A DNA stretch of 64,000 nucleotides. Source: Octopus bimaculoides. Taxonomy: Eukaryota. The notes under the pieces were generated by a model that saw nothing but the letters and a program-made list of their open reading frames with translations, searched no databases and was not told the DNA's origin. Of the stretch, positions 25,052 through 36,790 are shown piece by piece; position 1 is the first letter of the stretch; the number at the start of each line of letters is the position of its first letter. Location: positions 26,859,426 to 26,923,425 of the forward strand of contig NC_068985.1 in the NCBI RefSeq assembly GCF_001194135.2, in the 5' to 3' direction. The translations under genes and the position numbers were made by a program.

Positions 25052-27203
25052 ATGATAGTTTGAAAAAGTAGCTTAATTGGTGTTGTCATTGCTGTCTAAT
25101 TAAGAAGTGCCTTTAACAATTAAATGTTCATTTCGGATTCAGTCGCAATGTGAGATACGTTAAATAAGTGCCGTGAACTATAACCTTGGGTTGACTAAAG
25201 CCTTGTGAAAAGCACTTAGGAGACGGAAAATGTGAGAAAGCCCGTCGAATGCAATGTTCCTCTTCTGGGAAGTAGACTTAACCCGTCGCTTAGTTTAACA
25301 TCCCCACATAGGTGCTGTTAGAAGAGTATTAAGAATTTTGTTGTAAACATTAGGGTTGGATCCTCGGTCTGAAAGTAACTTTGCCCCTTCTCCCTTCAGT
25401 GGGGAAGACCCTGAAAAATGTCATGGAAGCTGCCCACTCCCACATAATTAAGAAGCATCTGAGTTTTATCAACTTGTAATTTCAAAATTTTTTTTTTCGC
25501 TTGCAATTTTCAATTCCATATAATTGAGATGCCATCACAAATTGAAATTTAAAATAATTTTTCTGTTTTTTTTTTTAAAGAAAAGGAAAACTTTTACATT
25601 GAAATTGAAAGTCGAACTTGAGTAGGTATATAGATTAATTAAATATTTCATTAGATATTAATTCTCAATTGAAATTCAATTTGAAACTTATCTTACACCC
25701 AACTCTCTGATTTTCGTTTGAGTGTACTTCAGTTTTATGGATTTCAAATTAAAAATAAATTTGATAAGTAATAAGTGAAACGACATCAATCGAATTATTG
25801 TCCAAAATTCTGGGTAACTCATTCTAACGATTCACCCAAACAGCTGCTGATTTCCGTTTCTCTTTCATCTGCTTCTGTTGAAGTACATCTCTGCAGAACA
25901 AATTTACGAAACTCGACCGGTAAAACTGATGTTTTATCAACTCCTTTCTTGTGACACCGCCAAATATAAACGCTAACTAATTAGTATTTTAATTGCCAAA
26001 CCACTCAACCACACTAATATAGTTTCGTTCCTAAAACCAAAGTAGCTTCAACTCGATTGCATCCCGCAGGGCACGTCCAGATTGTCTTTTAGCCTTTCCA
26101 ACCATAACATTTAATGCAATTATTCGCTGTAGGCCTTTGCTTTGATCTTTAAAGCTACTAACACATGTTCTCTTTCATAGCAAGCATTTATTTAAACGAT
26201 TCAAAACAACTTCCTATTATGTGGAGTAACGTTTTTATTGTCCTTTGTCTACCAAGCTCATTACTGTCAATTATTTAGGCATATTTGTTACTCTCCTGTT
26301 TTGATACAGTAGCTGATATCGTTGAAGATTTTAGTAGTAGAAAAGCGTATTAACACAGCTGAAATGATAGTAAACTAAAGAATGGGTTTAAGTCCAAGGT
26401 TATCACAAATAGAAAACTAGAAACGCTTGTACTTTAAAAACCATTAAAACGCAATTAATTATTCGTGTCGTCAAAACTGAATTTCATATCTTTGAATAAA
26501 ATAAGAAATGATTAGCCATTCAAATTCTCAGTAGACTATGAAAACTTACTTATAAGCTCAAAGTTAACTTTTTCTTCTCAGTTAGTTCTTTATATATGTA
26601 GTTTTATTAACTACTCACCTCACGGAGATCCCTTTTTTTTATAATCATTGGTTAACAATGACGCTATATAATCTGCTACTGTTCATCCAAAGCAACTTTG
26701 GATAAATAGTTTCTGTCTCTCTGAACTTACTGATCATATACCATCACTATCATCACCACCACCACCACCACCACCACTACCACTACTACCACCACCACCA
26801 CCACNNNNNNNNNNNNNNNNNNNNNNNNNNNNNNNNNNNNNNNNNNNNNNNNNNNNNNNNNNNNNNNNNNNNNNNNNNNNNNNNNNNNNNNNNNNNNNNN
26901 NNNNNNNNNNNNNNNNNNNNNNNNNNNNNNNNNNNNNNNNNNNNNNNNNNNNNNNNNNNNNNNNNNNNNNNNNNNNNNNNNNNNNNNNNNNNNNNNNNNN
27001 NNNNNNNNNNNNNNNNNNNNNNNNNNNNNNNNNNNNNNNNNNNNNNNNNNNNNNNNNNNNNNNNNNNNNNNNNNNNNNNNNNNNNNNNNNNNNNNNNNNN
27101 NNNNNNNNNNNNNNNNNNNNNNNNNNNNNNNNNNNNNNNNNNNNNNNNNNNNNNNNNNNNNNNNNNNNNNNNNNNNNNNNNNNNNNNNNNNNNNNNNNNN
27201 NNN

Positions 27204-27258
<55 letters not shown>

Positions 27259-27998
27259 GTTCTTTCTTTTTTTCTCTCTCTGTACATTTTTCATTTATTC
27301 ATCAATTTAGCAATAGACTTGAAGAAAATAAAAAAGGTAATTAATATTCTCAGCCATAATAATGGGAAAAGAGTAGTTTATTTGAATTTAACTGACCGAG
27401 CGAGTGTACTCATAACTATTGGTTGAACAATAAGTAATACTCGATCGGCTAGAAATAGTTTACAAACAGCCCTCAAATCAAATCCTAACTGTCTTTAAAA
27501 ATAGGGGAACACACAGAATAATATATTTGTAGATGCAGCATGTCTGAAAAGGTAGAATAGTCACAGGTGGGCCACACTTAATCATAAATCTGACTGAGCC
27601 GGTCTAAGCTCGATTTAAGCACTAAGAACAACCATTGCTAGGTTACAAGATTATTTGTTAAAATCAACAAAAATAGGTCACTGTTGTAGCTCAACCTACG
27701 ATGTACAGAACCCGTCCATAATGGCGCTTCAGCTGAAGATTCAACATGAAAGAAGTATTTTCACTTCGAAAAGTCGCCTGTTTATTTTACTATCTATTCC
27801 CACCTGCAGAATGAACCGAGTCCAATGTCACAAGTACATGGATTTCCCATAAGTTACTTAAACAGCTTTATTCATCAGAGTAGTTCCACACTTCAGTCTA
27901 AAAATATTATATCCATCAATAATTTTTTCTAAAATTCAGTGGGGTTTTTTTTCTTTCTATTGTCGAGGGTTGTAATTTTGAGGGATTAATTTATCTGC

Positions 27999-28036
<38 letters not shown>

Positions 28037-28302
28037 NNNNNNNNNNNNNNNNNNNNNNNNNNNNNNNNNNNNNNNNNNNNNNNNNNNNNNNNNNNNNNNN
28101 NNNNNNNNNNNNNNNNNNNNNNNNNNNNNNNNNNNNNNNNNNNNNNNNNNNNNNNNNNNNNNNNNNNNNNNNNNNNNNNNNNNNNNNNNNNNNNNNNNNN
28201 NNNNNNNNNNNNNNNNNNNNNNNNNNNNNNNNNNNNNNNNNNNNNNNNNNNNNNNNNNNNNNNNNNNNNNNNNNNNNNNNATATATATATATATATATAT
28301 AA

Positions 28303-28942
28303 AACAAATTAAAAAGGGTGGCTTATTAGCAATTAGAACCTAAAGGCAAAATTATTAGGTCACAAAAGTGATAGAGGGTACTGACTAACACCGCTTTTGC
28401 TAAAGATAAGAGTTAAACTAACTCAAAGCCACAAACGCATCTTAAGGGACTGATAAAGAGTGGCAAGTCCCCAGCGTACATAGCCGGATCGCGATTTCCG
28501 ATTTTGATGTAGACCATCTTAATCCTCATCAGCGGCTCTTAATGCCTAGGGTTAAACTCAACTACCTCTCTCAGTCTTATAAGTGCTTGTCAGTACTCTC
28601 TGTCAATTCTGTGACCTCAATTAATTTTTTACCTTTGTTCTAATTGCTAATAAGCTATCATTTTTAATTTGTTGTTTACCCCTTTACCGTTTTGGAAATT
28701 AGCATACGTTTATATGAATGTGAGAGATAGTTGAGTTTAACCCTTGGCGTTAAGAGCCGTTGATGAGAAGTAAGATGGTCTACGTCAAAATCCGAAATCG
28801 CAATCCGGCTATGTACGCTGGGGACTTATCTCCCTTTGTCGGTCACTTAAAACAGTGTGTATGTGGCTTTGAGCTCGTTTAATTTAACTTTTATTTTTAG
28901 CAAAAGCGGTGCTAGTCAGTACCCTCTATCACTTTTGTGACC
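28303..28942. repeat. Rearranged foldback element with two interleaved inverted-repeat pairs
   Basis: 28358-28572 is the diverged reverse complement of 28722-28942, and 28303-28364 is the reverse complement of ~28610-28677. Confidence 0.75.
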
Positions 28943-28957
28943 TCTCTCTCTCTCTCT

Positions 28958-28997
<40 letters not shown>

Positions 28998-29171
28998 GGA
29001 GACAGATAGAGAGATAGAGAGAAAGATAATGATGCAAATAAAGAAAACTGCTTGGGTTAGATATACAAAACACACACACACACACACACACATACATATG
29101 TGTAAATAGAGAGAAAGCGAAGACTGAAAATTTTCACACGATGAATATTCAAGTATAAATACATAAATATA

Positions 29172-31081
29172 CACTTGTGGCCAAAATTAAAGAACAAAAA
29201 TAGAAATTATAGATATTTACATTTCTACTTCATTTTACCGAATGGAATTTTTATTGTATATACTTTAAAGTGTGTTCATTATTTACGATAAATTTTGTAG
29301 GAAGTGATTGATAATTAAATGATTTATAATAGAGAAAATGTTTTTTTGAAAACTACAAGGTGGACAAAATTAAAGAATGTATAGTATAAAATTCAATAAG
29401 TAAAAGCTGGTAACCCTCCGACCGATGTTAACTAAGTTGACCTAACAGTGTGAATATCTATATTGAACATGGAAGTACCTGGGATGGTGTCTAGGCGCGC
29501 GGTTTGCCCATTGGGAGCGAGCGGTCACATTAAAAAAAGAAGGAATGACAATTTATGCTGTCGCCAGATCAAAGAGTGTTGTTTCAAGAATACTCAAGCT
29601 TTATGGAGAAACAAGCTTGTTTGTGTCATTAGAAAAACGAGGGAGACTACGAAAAACAAGTGTTTGGCAAGACCGTGTGATTCAGGGGCTGTCGTTAAGA
29701 GATCATTTCAGTGCTGCTGTAGGAATTTCTCACCAAGTAAATAGTGATTATGAAATGAATGTGTCTCGGAAGACTGTGGCTTGTCGCTTGAAGGAAGTTG
29801 GACTTCATGCCTATTCCCCTCCATTAAACCTCTCATCAGTATGAAGAATCGAAAAATGAGGTTAGTCATTGCCGATGAGCAGGCACTTTGAACAGACGAC
29901 AGCTGGTCGCATGTGTTCTTCAGTGACGAAAGCAAGTTCAATTTGGTTGGCTCCGATGCTAGACAATACGTGAGATGCCATAAAAGTGAAAGATTGCTCG
30001 CTAAATGCTTGAAGAAATCAGTGAAATTTGGTGGTGGATGTTTAACGGTGTGGGAAATGATTTCTGCAACAGGTTTTGGGCCTTTGATCCGCATCCATGG
30101 TAGTGTCAATGAAGTCATATACACAAGCATCGTTCTGCAGCATGTGCTAGTTATGAGGTCATCTCCAACTCGTCAGCCAATCTTTACGCAAGATAATGCG
30201 TCATGTCACAGTGCTAAAATAGTTGAGGAGTTTGAAGCTGAAAACATTACTGCGATGCGTTGGCCAGCTCAGAGCTCTGACCTTAATTCCCTTGAAGACT
30301 TATGACAGATACTTGGTGATAAGATCGGAGATCACTGACCTGCGAATGTTACGATTTTGTGAGAAAAACTTCAGGAAGAATGGAATAAAATTACGTCAGA
30401 ACAATGTGAGAAATTGGTCAAATCCTGTGGACGGAGATGTGCTGAAATCATTAAAAACAAGAACACTCAGAGAGCACAAACCTCCGCCAAGGCAACACCA
30501 ACGTTCTCTCAACGATTAGCCATGATTTTTAAAATGAGAATATCTGACATAAACTTGACTACTCTCACAAACGAGAATACTAAAATGAACCCGACCACTC
30601 TCAAAAACTAAATAAAAAACAGAAAAAAAAAAATCCAAAATCCTTGTCCGATACCGGATCGATCCCAAAATCTAATCAGTTCATGCCAGTCACGAGGCCA
30701 AACATCCCTGAAAGTTTCATCTGAATCCATCCAGCGGTTCTTGAGATATCTTGTCCACAGACAAACAAGCAAACAAACACGACTGAAAACAATTATCTCT
30801 GCTTTCGCTAAGGTGGAGGTAATAAAGGAATGACTGTAAAAATTTCAGGCAAAATTTTGATTTCTTGAATTCATACATTCTTTAACTTTGTCCATCTTAT
30901 ATTTTTCAAATAAACGTCTTTTTCTATTATAAATTATTTAGTTAATCACTTCCTACAAAATTTATTGTAAAGAATGAACATGTTTTAAAATATATACAGT
31001 AAAAATTCTATTCGGGAAAATGAAGTAGAAATGTAAATATCTTTAAATTTTATTTCCTTTCTCTAATTTTGGCCACTACTG
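29172..31081 (+). mobile_element. Tc1 transposon with ~210-bp IR/DR-type TIRs, dead DD(33/34)E transposase
   Basis: ta|cacttgtggccaaaatt...aattttggccactactg|ta. Inner direct repeats gtggacaaaattaaagaatg at ~29360 and ~30872-30895 (rc). Transposase motifs RSKSVVSRILK, VSRKTVACRLKEVGL, FFSDESKFNL, SVKFGGG, QDNASCH and WPAQSSDLNSLE, with stops and frameshifts. Confidence 0.95.
30460..30825 (-). mobile_element. Non-autonomous Helentron-associated (HINE/DINE-1-like) element nested in the Tc1 transposase C-terminus
   Basis: Minus strand starts ttattacctccacc... with a (GTTT)n tract and ends ...ttggcggaggtttgtgctctctgagtgttc, giving subterminal IR acctcc(g/a)cc. It is inserted in an A/T run without a clear TSD. 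Removing it restores ATT AAA AAC AA|A GGA ATG (IKNKG). Confidence 0.65.
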
Positions 31082-31155
31082 TATATCTTTACGCCGCGGA
31101 CTTAGTCCTTGGTAAAGTGTTTTCTATATTGAGCATCTCAGGATCTCATTTGTTG

Positions 31156-31202
<47 letters not shown>

Positions 31203-33043
31203 ACTATAACAGGGGTGACAGTAACTTTGAAGTTTGAGCTTGCTAGAGCACAAATATGTACTCTACTAAAACGATTAACGCTAAATTGTTTCTACATATA
31301 ACATGACGTAAAAACAAAGACTTGATATGTGTGTGTGTATGTGTGTGAAACAAAAGAGAAAACAAAAGCAAGAGAAAATACTCAATTCGTATAGTAGATC
31401 TAATTCTTTCGAAGCTAATGATTGACTGCATTACAACTCAGGGTCTTTCAGCCCACACAGGCGAAAGTATGAGGCGAGAAACCATGAAGAGCATTGGTAG
31501 AGTATGTCATATCAGGTTCTAATACTAAACTATATTTACATACTTATTTCTTTCACTTCTGACATGATTCGTGAAGTATAAGGAGCAGCCAAAAAAAAAA
31601 AAGAAAAGAAAAAACGTTTCATATCTAAAGTGTGGTAGGTGATACGAGACCCGTTAAAATTATCGACTTCATTAAATATCACGCATCGGATAGCCACCTT
31701 ATTCGAGAATCTCTGATAGGATATTGGATCCGAGTTTAGCAAAATTTATTTTTCCCTCATATAAAAAGCGAGGGAAAAAAAAAAAAGAAACTAATAAGGC
31801 CTAGGAAAAAAGAAAAACTAAATAAGGCCTAAAAATACAAGGGAAAAAAATACGTGATTTTGTGTTTTTCAGACTAAAGACTAAAATTTCAAGAATTCTT
31901 TCGTAATGAAAATTGGGCTTTTATAATTATACTATTTAGGGTATATAACTGAGAAGTTCAGTTAACTTAATAGCTCTTTACGAGAAGAGAACACCAAAAT
32001 TATCATTTTGAAAGGTAAATTTAAAGTGTTCGTATAAATAGGCAAGAAATATTTCCTTAGATTTATGGTTTTGTCCGTAAGACTAATTTGTCTCTTAAAT
32101 CTATGAAGCTTTCAGTGTGGATGGGAAAACAATTTCGCAGATATTTTTGACCCGACATAGACAATGCTAAATTAGACTGGGTTCAAAGCTTGTTTATTAT
32201 AACAATGAAACTGATCAAACATCTTTCTTTGAAGGCTCAAGTAAGGTTTGCAGAACTGTCATACGATTCAAACTGAAATTTTTGGAAGAAATGAATAAAT
32301 AAATATATAAATTCAATACCATCTGAATTAGTAATGGTAGCTTTTCAACAATTGTTTTAACACTTATTTCAGTGAATTTTTAAACGGCGATGGTGATATA
32401 CTACTGTTCAGCTATTAAGAACATAGGATTTTTCCTTAAGAACACCACTGACAAAGCTACAGCTGAATGTGATGCGCTTCAGCACAGCAGACGTCCCACT
32501 GGAGACAGTCATATAAGATACTTTTTGTTACTGTCAATGAAATAGGTACCAATTGAGCACTGGAGTCGATGTAATCGAGTTATCCCTTCCCACAAAATTT
32601 CAGGCTTTGTACCTATAGTGGAAAGGCTAATAATAAAATTTTGTATGATCTTGTATGTATATCGTTAAAAATATTCTAAGTTTTGAATTATTATTGGCAA
32701 TAATTTTTTCGTTTGTTTAAAATAATCAATCACGTTTTATACTATTTTATTATCTATTGAACTTAATTACACTGAAAGAGGTTCTTGAGAATATTCGTTT
32801 GTTAAAAAGGAATCTTGAGAGAAGAACGTTTCTAGAAACACTAGTAAAAGGCGAAAGATTTATCCGCTCGGGGTGAGGAGAAACCAGTCTATAATGAATT
32901 AGGTCGTTTTTCATGACCTGTACTCTCTCAAATTTATTCCAGATATTTACTTCAAAATAAATCCAAGGAATTATTCCTAGATGTTTATAAAACCTCTTAA
33001 TATGAATAGAACATGGAGAAAGATTCCTTGTATATATTTATAA

Positions 33044-33928
33044 CTAGCAGAGGCACCCGGCGTTGCTCGGGAATGAAATTGTTGCTTATATACTGGATGA
33101 AAAAAAGCAAAATATGATGTATAGAAATTTGAGGACATTCTGTAGATGGACTCTCAGATGAATGATGGCTGGGCGCCTCTCATGAATGGAAAAATTGAAG
33201 ATGCGCCAAAAAGCCTCATTGGTACTTGGAAACTTTTACGAAAATTAAAATGGGGATTAAATGAAAAAAAAGGGCGGAGACGGACTATATGTAATCTGAA
33301 CCTTTCCCCCCTTATTTTTTAGGCTATGGAGATTCCGATTCTGAAAAAATTTTCAAAATTCTCAAATTCAAAANNNNNNNNNNCATAGCCTAAAAAATAA
33401 GGGGGGAAAGGTTCAGATTACATATAGTCCATCTGGACCCAAAAAAGATTTACGTGAATATCCTCACAACAGTAATTGAAATAAATGGCGATTGTGGAAC
33501 CCCCCCACGCACGCACGCACGCACACAGTATCACACATCAGATGAAATTGACGTGTGTGTGTGTGTGTGACAGAGAGAGAGAGAGTGAGAGAGAGAGGTC
33601 ATGGTCATGTACACGTACATGCATAAATATGCATAAATCTTTGTGTGTGAGTGTGTGTGTGTGCGTGTGTATGAAAGAGAGAGAGAGAGAGTAAATACTA
33701 CATGCACGCTACGTCAATACCGGAAGTTGACATTGAGGAACCTTTTTAAAGAAGTGAATCATAAATATAAAGCAATATTATTTATTTTTAATAGAAAAAA
33801 TCAAATGAAGAGCCTAACATTTATCCGAGGTAAAATTATTCATGCATCACAAGTATGGAAGAAATGGTGAAGCCGTTTTCACGTGATAAGCGATTACACA
33901 CACATCTCTGTTTTATATATAGTATAGA
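33044..33928 (-). mobile_element. Complete non-autonomous Helitron (885 bp)
   Basis: Minus strand: A|TCTATACTATATATAAAACAGAGATGTG... at the 5' end and ...CCCGAGCAACGCCGGG (hairpin) TGCCTCTG CTAG|T at the 3' end. This gives canonical TC...CTAG ends inserted at an AT site. Confidence 0.85.
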
Positions 33929-35939
33929 TATCTATACATAATGGCCAAAATATCAAATAGAAATTGCGGCTGATGCTGTTGTTGTTGTTTTAGTTCTGAT
34001 CATGCAGACCTACGATCAAACGCACCAGGCACAATGCACAACACACTAAGATTATATTATCCAATGAGTCCCTCTTTCTTAAGATGTCAGGATGGGATTG
34101 AAGGAATATTTAGCTGCTATATCCAGCATATCCACAAACCATGTTGAGACTCCCGCGTTGATACCAGCAGAAATAGTGGAATAGTATATCAGTAACCCAT
34201 CCCGATTTTAAGCCTATTTTGCAAATTTCATAATAGAATTCGCAGCAAACCAGTTATAATGTTTCTGCCTGAAGTAAATGAAATATAATTTTGATGTCTA
34301 TGTAAGAGCAGGGTGGGGAATCATTTTTTATACGCTTAAATGAAATTTAAAGTAGCGAAACATTGCCGGAAACCACGTTAAAAGAAGAAGCAGTTTTTCA
34401 TTACTTCCGCCATCTTAAAGGATATATTGCTAATCTTTTAGACACACAAACATACAGAAATGCATACACGCGCACACACAAGCACTCACGCGCACACGTA
34501 TTCCCTCCTCCCTCCACATCTCAGCACATTGCTGCATTCCTGGCAATATTTGTAATTCCTATATATGTACCTATACAAATCCCTAAACCGTTACGCAAAT
34601 AGCAAACATACTCATTCTCGCACACAGAGCCCGCATACATACATATACATATACACATACCTATAATATACATACACACACACATATACATACATATATG
34701 TACATGTATATATAAATATACATATGTAAGAATATATGTGATATATACATTATGAGTGTACGCACGCACGCACGCACACACACACACACTTTAGCGTAGC
34801 GTAGATTTCTCACTCGTAATGAATAAGTGTTTCTCAAAACAGCTCATTGCGCATGCACAGATTTTTCGTAATTGATCATAATTATACTGGGCTATATCGT
34901 CCTCAAAACCACATATTCAAACATACACACACACACACAACTGACTGCCATGAACAATATTACGTAAGCAATCTCGATGTACATTTGTAAACAATTCGCT
35001 CGAAAGTGAAAAGGTGAAAATGATGATATATTCCACTCACGAAGATATAAGGATAACTTCCTTGTTAATGGGAAGATCATTTGAGCGTCCACTTCATTTT
35101 CAAAAACAAGAGCTGGCTTTCAAAAAAAAAAAAATGATAACATGACAATTAAGCAAACTAACTCAGCTTTAAGCATAAACACTTGCTGTTGTGCAATGGA
35201 AAACACGAATAAGCGTAGTGTTGGAAACGTTAATTTAAATGGAAAACAGTATAAATGGAAACGACATGATTTCCACCACCAACACCGCCACTAACAACAA
35301 GATTTCGTCTTTTGTAAGTGTATTGGGTCGTCACGTGTTCCTCGATATGAGCTTGCTCTAGGGAAAAGAGGAAGTAAGGAGTTGGTGTGTCGAGATAGAA
35401 AATGCCTTCTTGCACTAGAATTTATTCAAGAAGGGGCGAGGAGGATAATATTTACCGTGTTGCAAACAGCAGATCCATACCCTGGTGGCGCAGTACTTGG
35501 AAAACTGTGGCCTAAAGGTCAGAGCCAGGGATACAGGTACTGACATCGACCTTTATAATTCAGTACAAACAGTTGGTGAGTATTGAAGTGACCCGTAACA
35601 ATTTGTAGTTGGATGGACCCTGATCCCTGATGACACTCGAAAGTCACAGGGTTATTCCGCAGTTAAACTTCCTAGAGGGAGCAGAAATAAAGTCAGTCAG
35701 ATTGATGGTGGTGCATGGTAGAAGGCTTTGTTACTGCACGCGCGATCACGGTTGTGGAGTGGGTATGCAAAATCTTAAACTCCGCTTCCCTTTTATATGG
35801 TTGCACCGACTCCGACACCTCTATTTGTAACAAGAATCATAAACTCACAACGTAAAGAACTGAAAAGTTACTAAGCATTTTGTTCGACACGCTAACGAAC
35901 CTGCCAGCTCACTGCCTTATTTTAGAAATAACTTTAATT

Positions 35940-36338
35940 ACATTATTTACATTATCTACATTTGACGGATATTCGTCCTCATCTTGTTTGTTGTTAACAC
36001 AACGTTTCGGCTGATATACCCTCCAGCCTTCGTCAGGTGTCTTGGGGAAATTTCGAACCTGGGTTCTCATTCCTATCGATGTTACTATTATTATTATTAT
36101 TATATTATTATTATATTATTATTATTATTATTATTATTAATCAGGTCGCTGCCGTGAATCGAACTCGGAACCTTGGGGTTAGTAGCCCGCGCTCTTAACC
36201 ACTACGCCATATGCCCGTGGGCATATGGCGTAGTGTTAAACGTTGTGTTAACAACAAACAAGATGAGGACGAATATCCGACAAATGTAGATAATGTAAAT
36301 AATGTAAATAATTCCTCATCTCTTAAATATAGAACTGT
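35940..36338 (-). mobile_element. tRNA-headed, hammerhead-containing retroelement in head-to-head inverted configuration, 12-bp TSD
   Basis: Flanked by ATAACTTTAATT at 35928-35939 and 36339-36350. Minus arm: tRNA-like head 36216-36142, then (TAA)n, then hammerhead 36041-35996, then an AC-rich tail. Plus arm: the first ~20 nt of the head fused directly to the post-ribozyme tail. Confidence 0.8.
35996..36041 (-). ncRNA. Minimal type I hammerhead ribozyme (Penelope-type)
   Basis: GACAC-CUGACGA-A-GGCUG-gaggguauau-CAGCC-GAAA-CGUU-GUGUU: 5-bp stem I, intact CUGANGA/GAAA core, extra A after A9, perfect 5-bp stem II and palindromic AACGUU. Predicted cleavage after GUU (36001/36000). Confidence 0.7.
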
Positions 36339-36419
36339 ATAACTTTAATTCTTTCTAATTTCTGGCACAAGGCTTGCATGATGATGATGATGATGATGCT
36401 GATGATGTTGATGATGATG

Positions 36420-36790
36420 ATAAGGATGATGATGAATGCCCTGATGCAGTATCTCTCATAGCCTCTGATCTCAACTGATTGTAAGTGTTATCATATACGA
36501 TTTATCTTGGTGTAAAAGATGCGTTACAGTAAATGTGCAGCTCAATAACGCAGATTTACTTATCAGATGCTTGACCTTAACCAGTTGAACATGTCCGTTA
36601 GTGACCTGCAAGGTCATGGGCTGTTTATCTTGATATGAGATTACAGTGTCGCGCACACATAGTTGTGCTGCATGTGCCTGGTGTATCTTTATCAGGTAAT
36701 CATGATGGGTATATTGAGTTGCGTATATTTGTACCCTGGTGCCTCTTTGATAGCATGAGTTGCTCTCTCACTCAATAATAATAACAACGA
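36420..36790 (+). repeat. Interspersed repeat fragment between (GAT)n and a (TAA)n tail, probable retroelement 3' end
   Basis: Ends ...gttgctctctcactcaataataataacaa. The family is not identified from the sequence alone. Confidence 0.35.

Noticed and set aside
33282-33430. Perfect 47-bp inverted repeat inside the Helitron
   Set aside because: A 10-N placeholder gap sits in the loop and the arms are identical, which is typical of an inverted contig-overlap artefact. It cannot be trusted without reads.
35617-35652. Hammerhead-like string CTGATGA-CACTC-GAAA-GTC with flanking accctg/cagggt
   Set aside because: Stem II cannot form (C opposite C), there is no stem III partner, and stem I does not abut the core. 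Probably chance or a badly decayed relic.
36142-36216. tRNA gene
   Set aside because: A and B boxes are present, but the anticodon and acceptor stems are imperfect and it runs into a repeat body. It is a SINE-type head.
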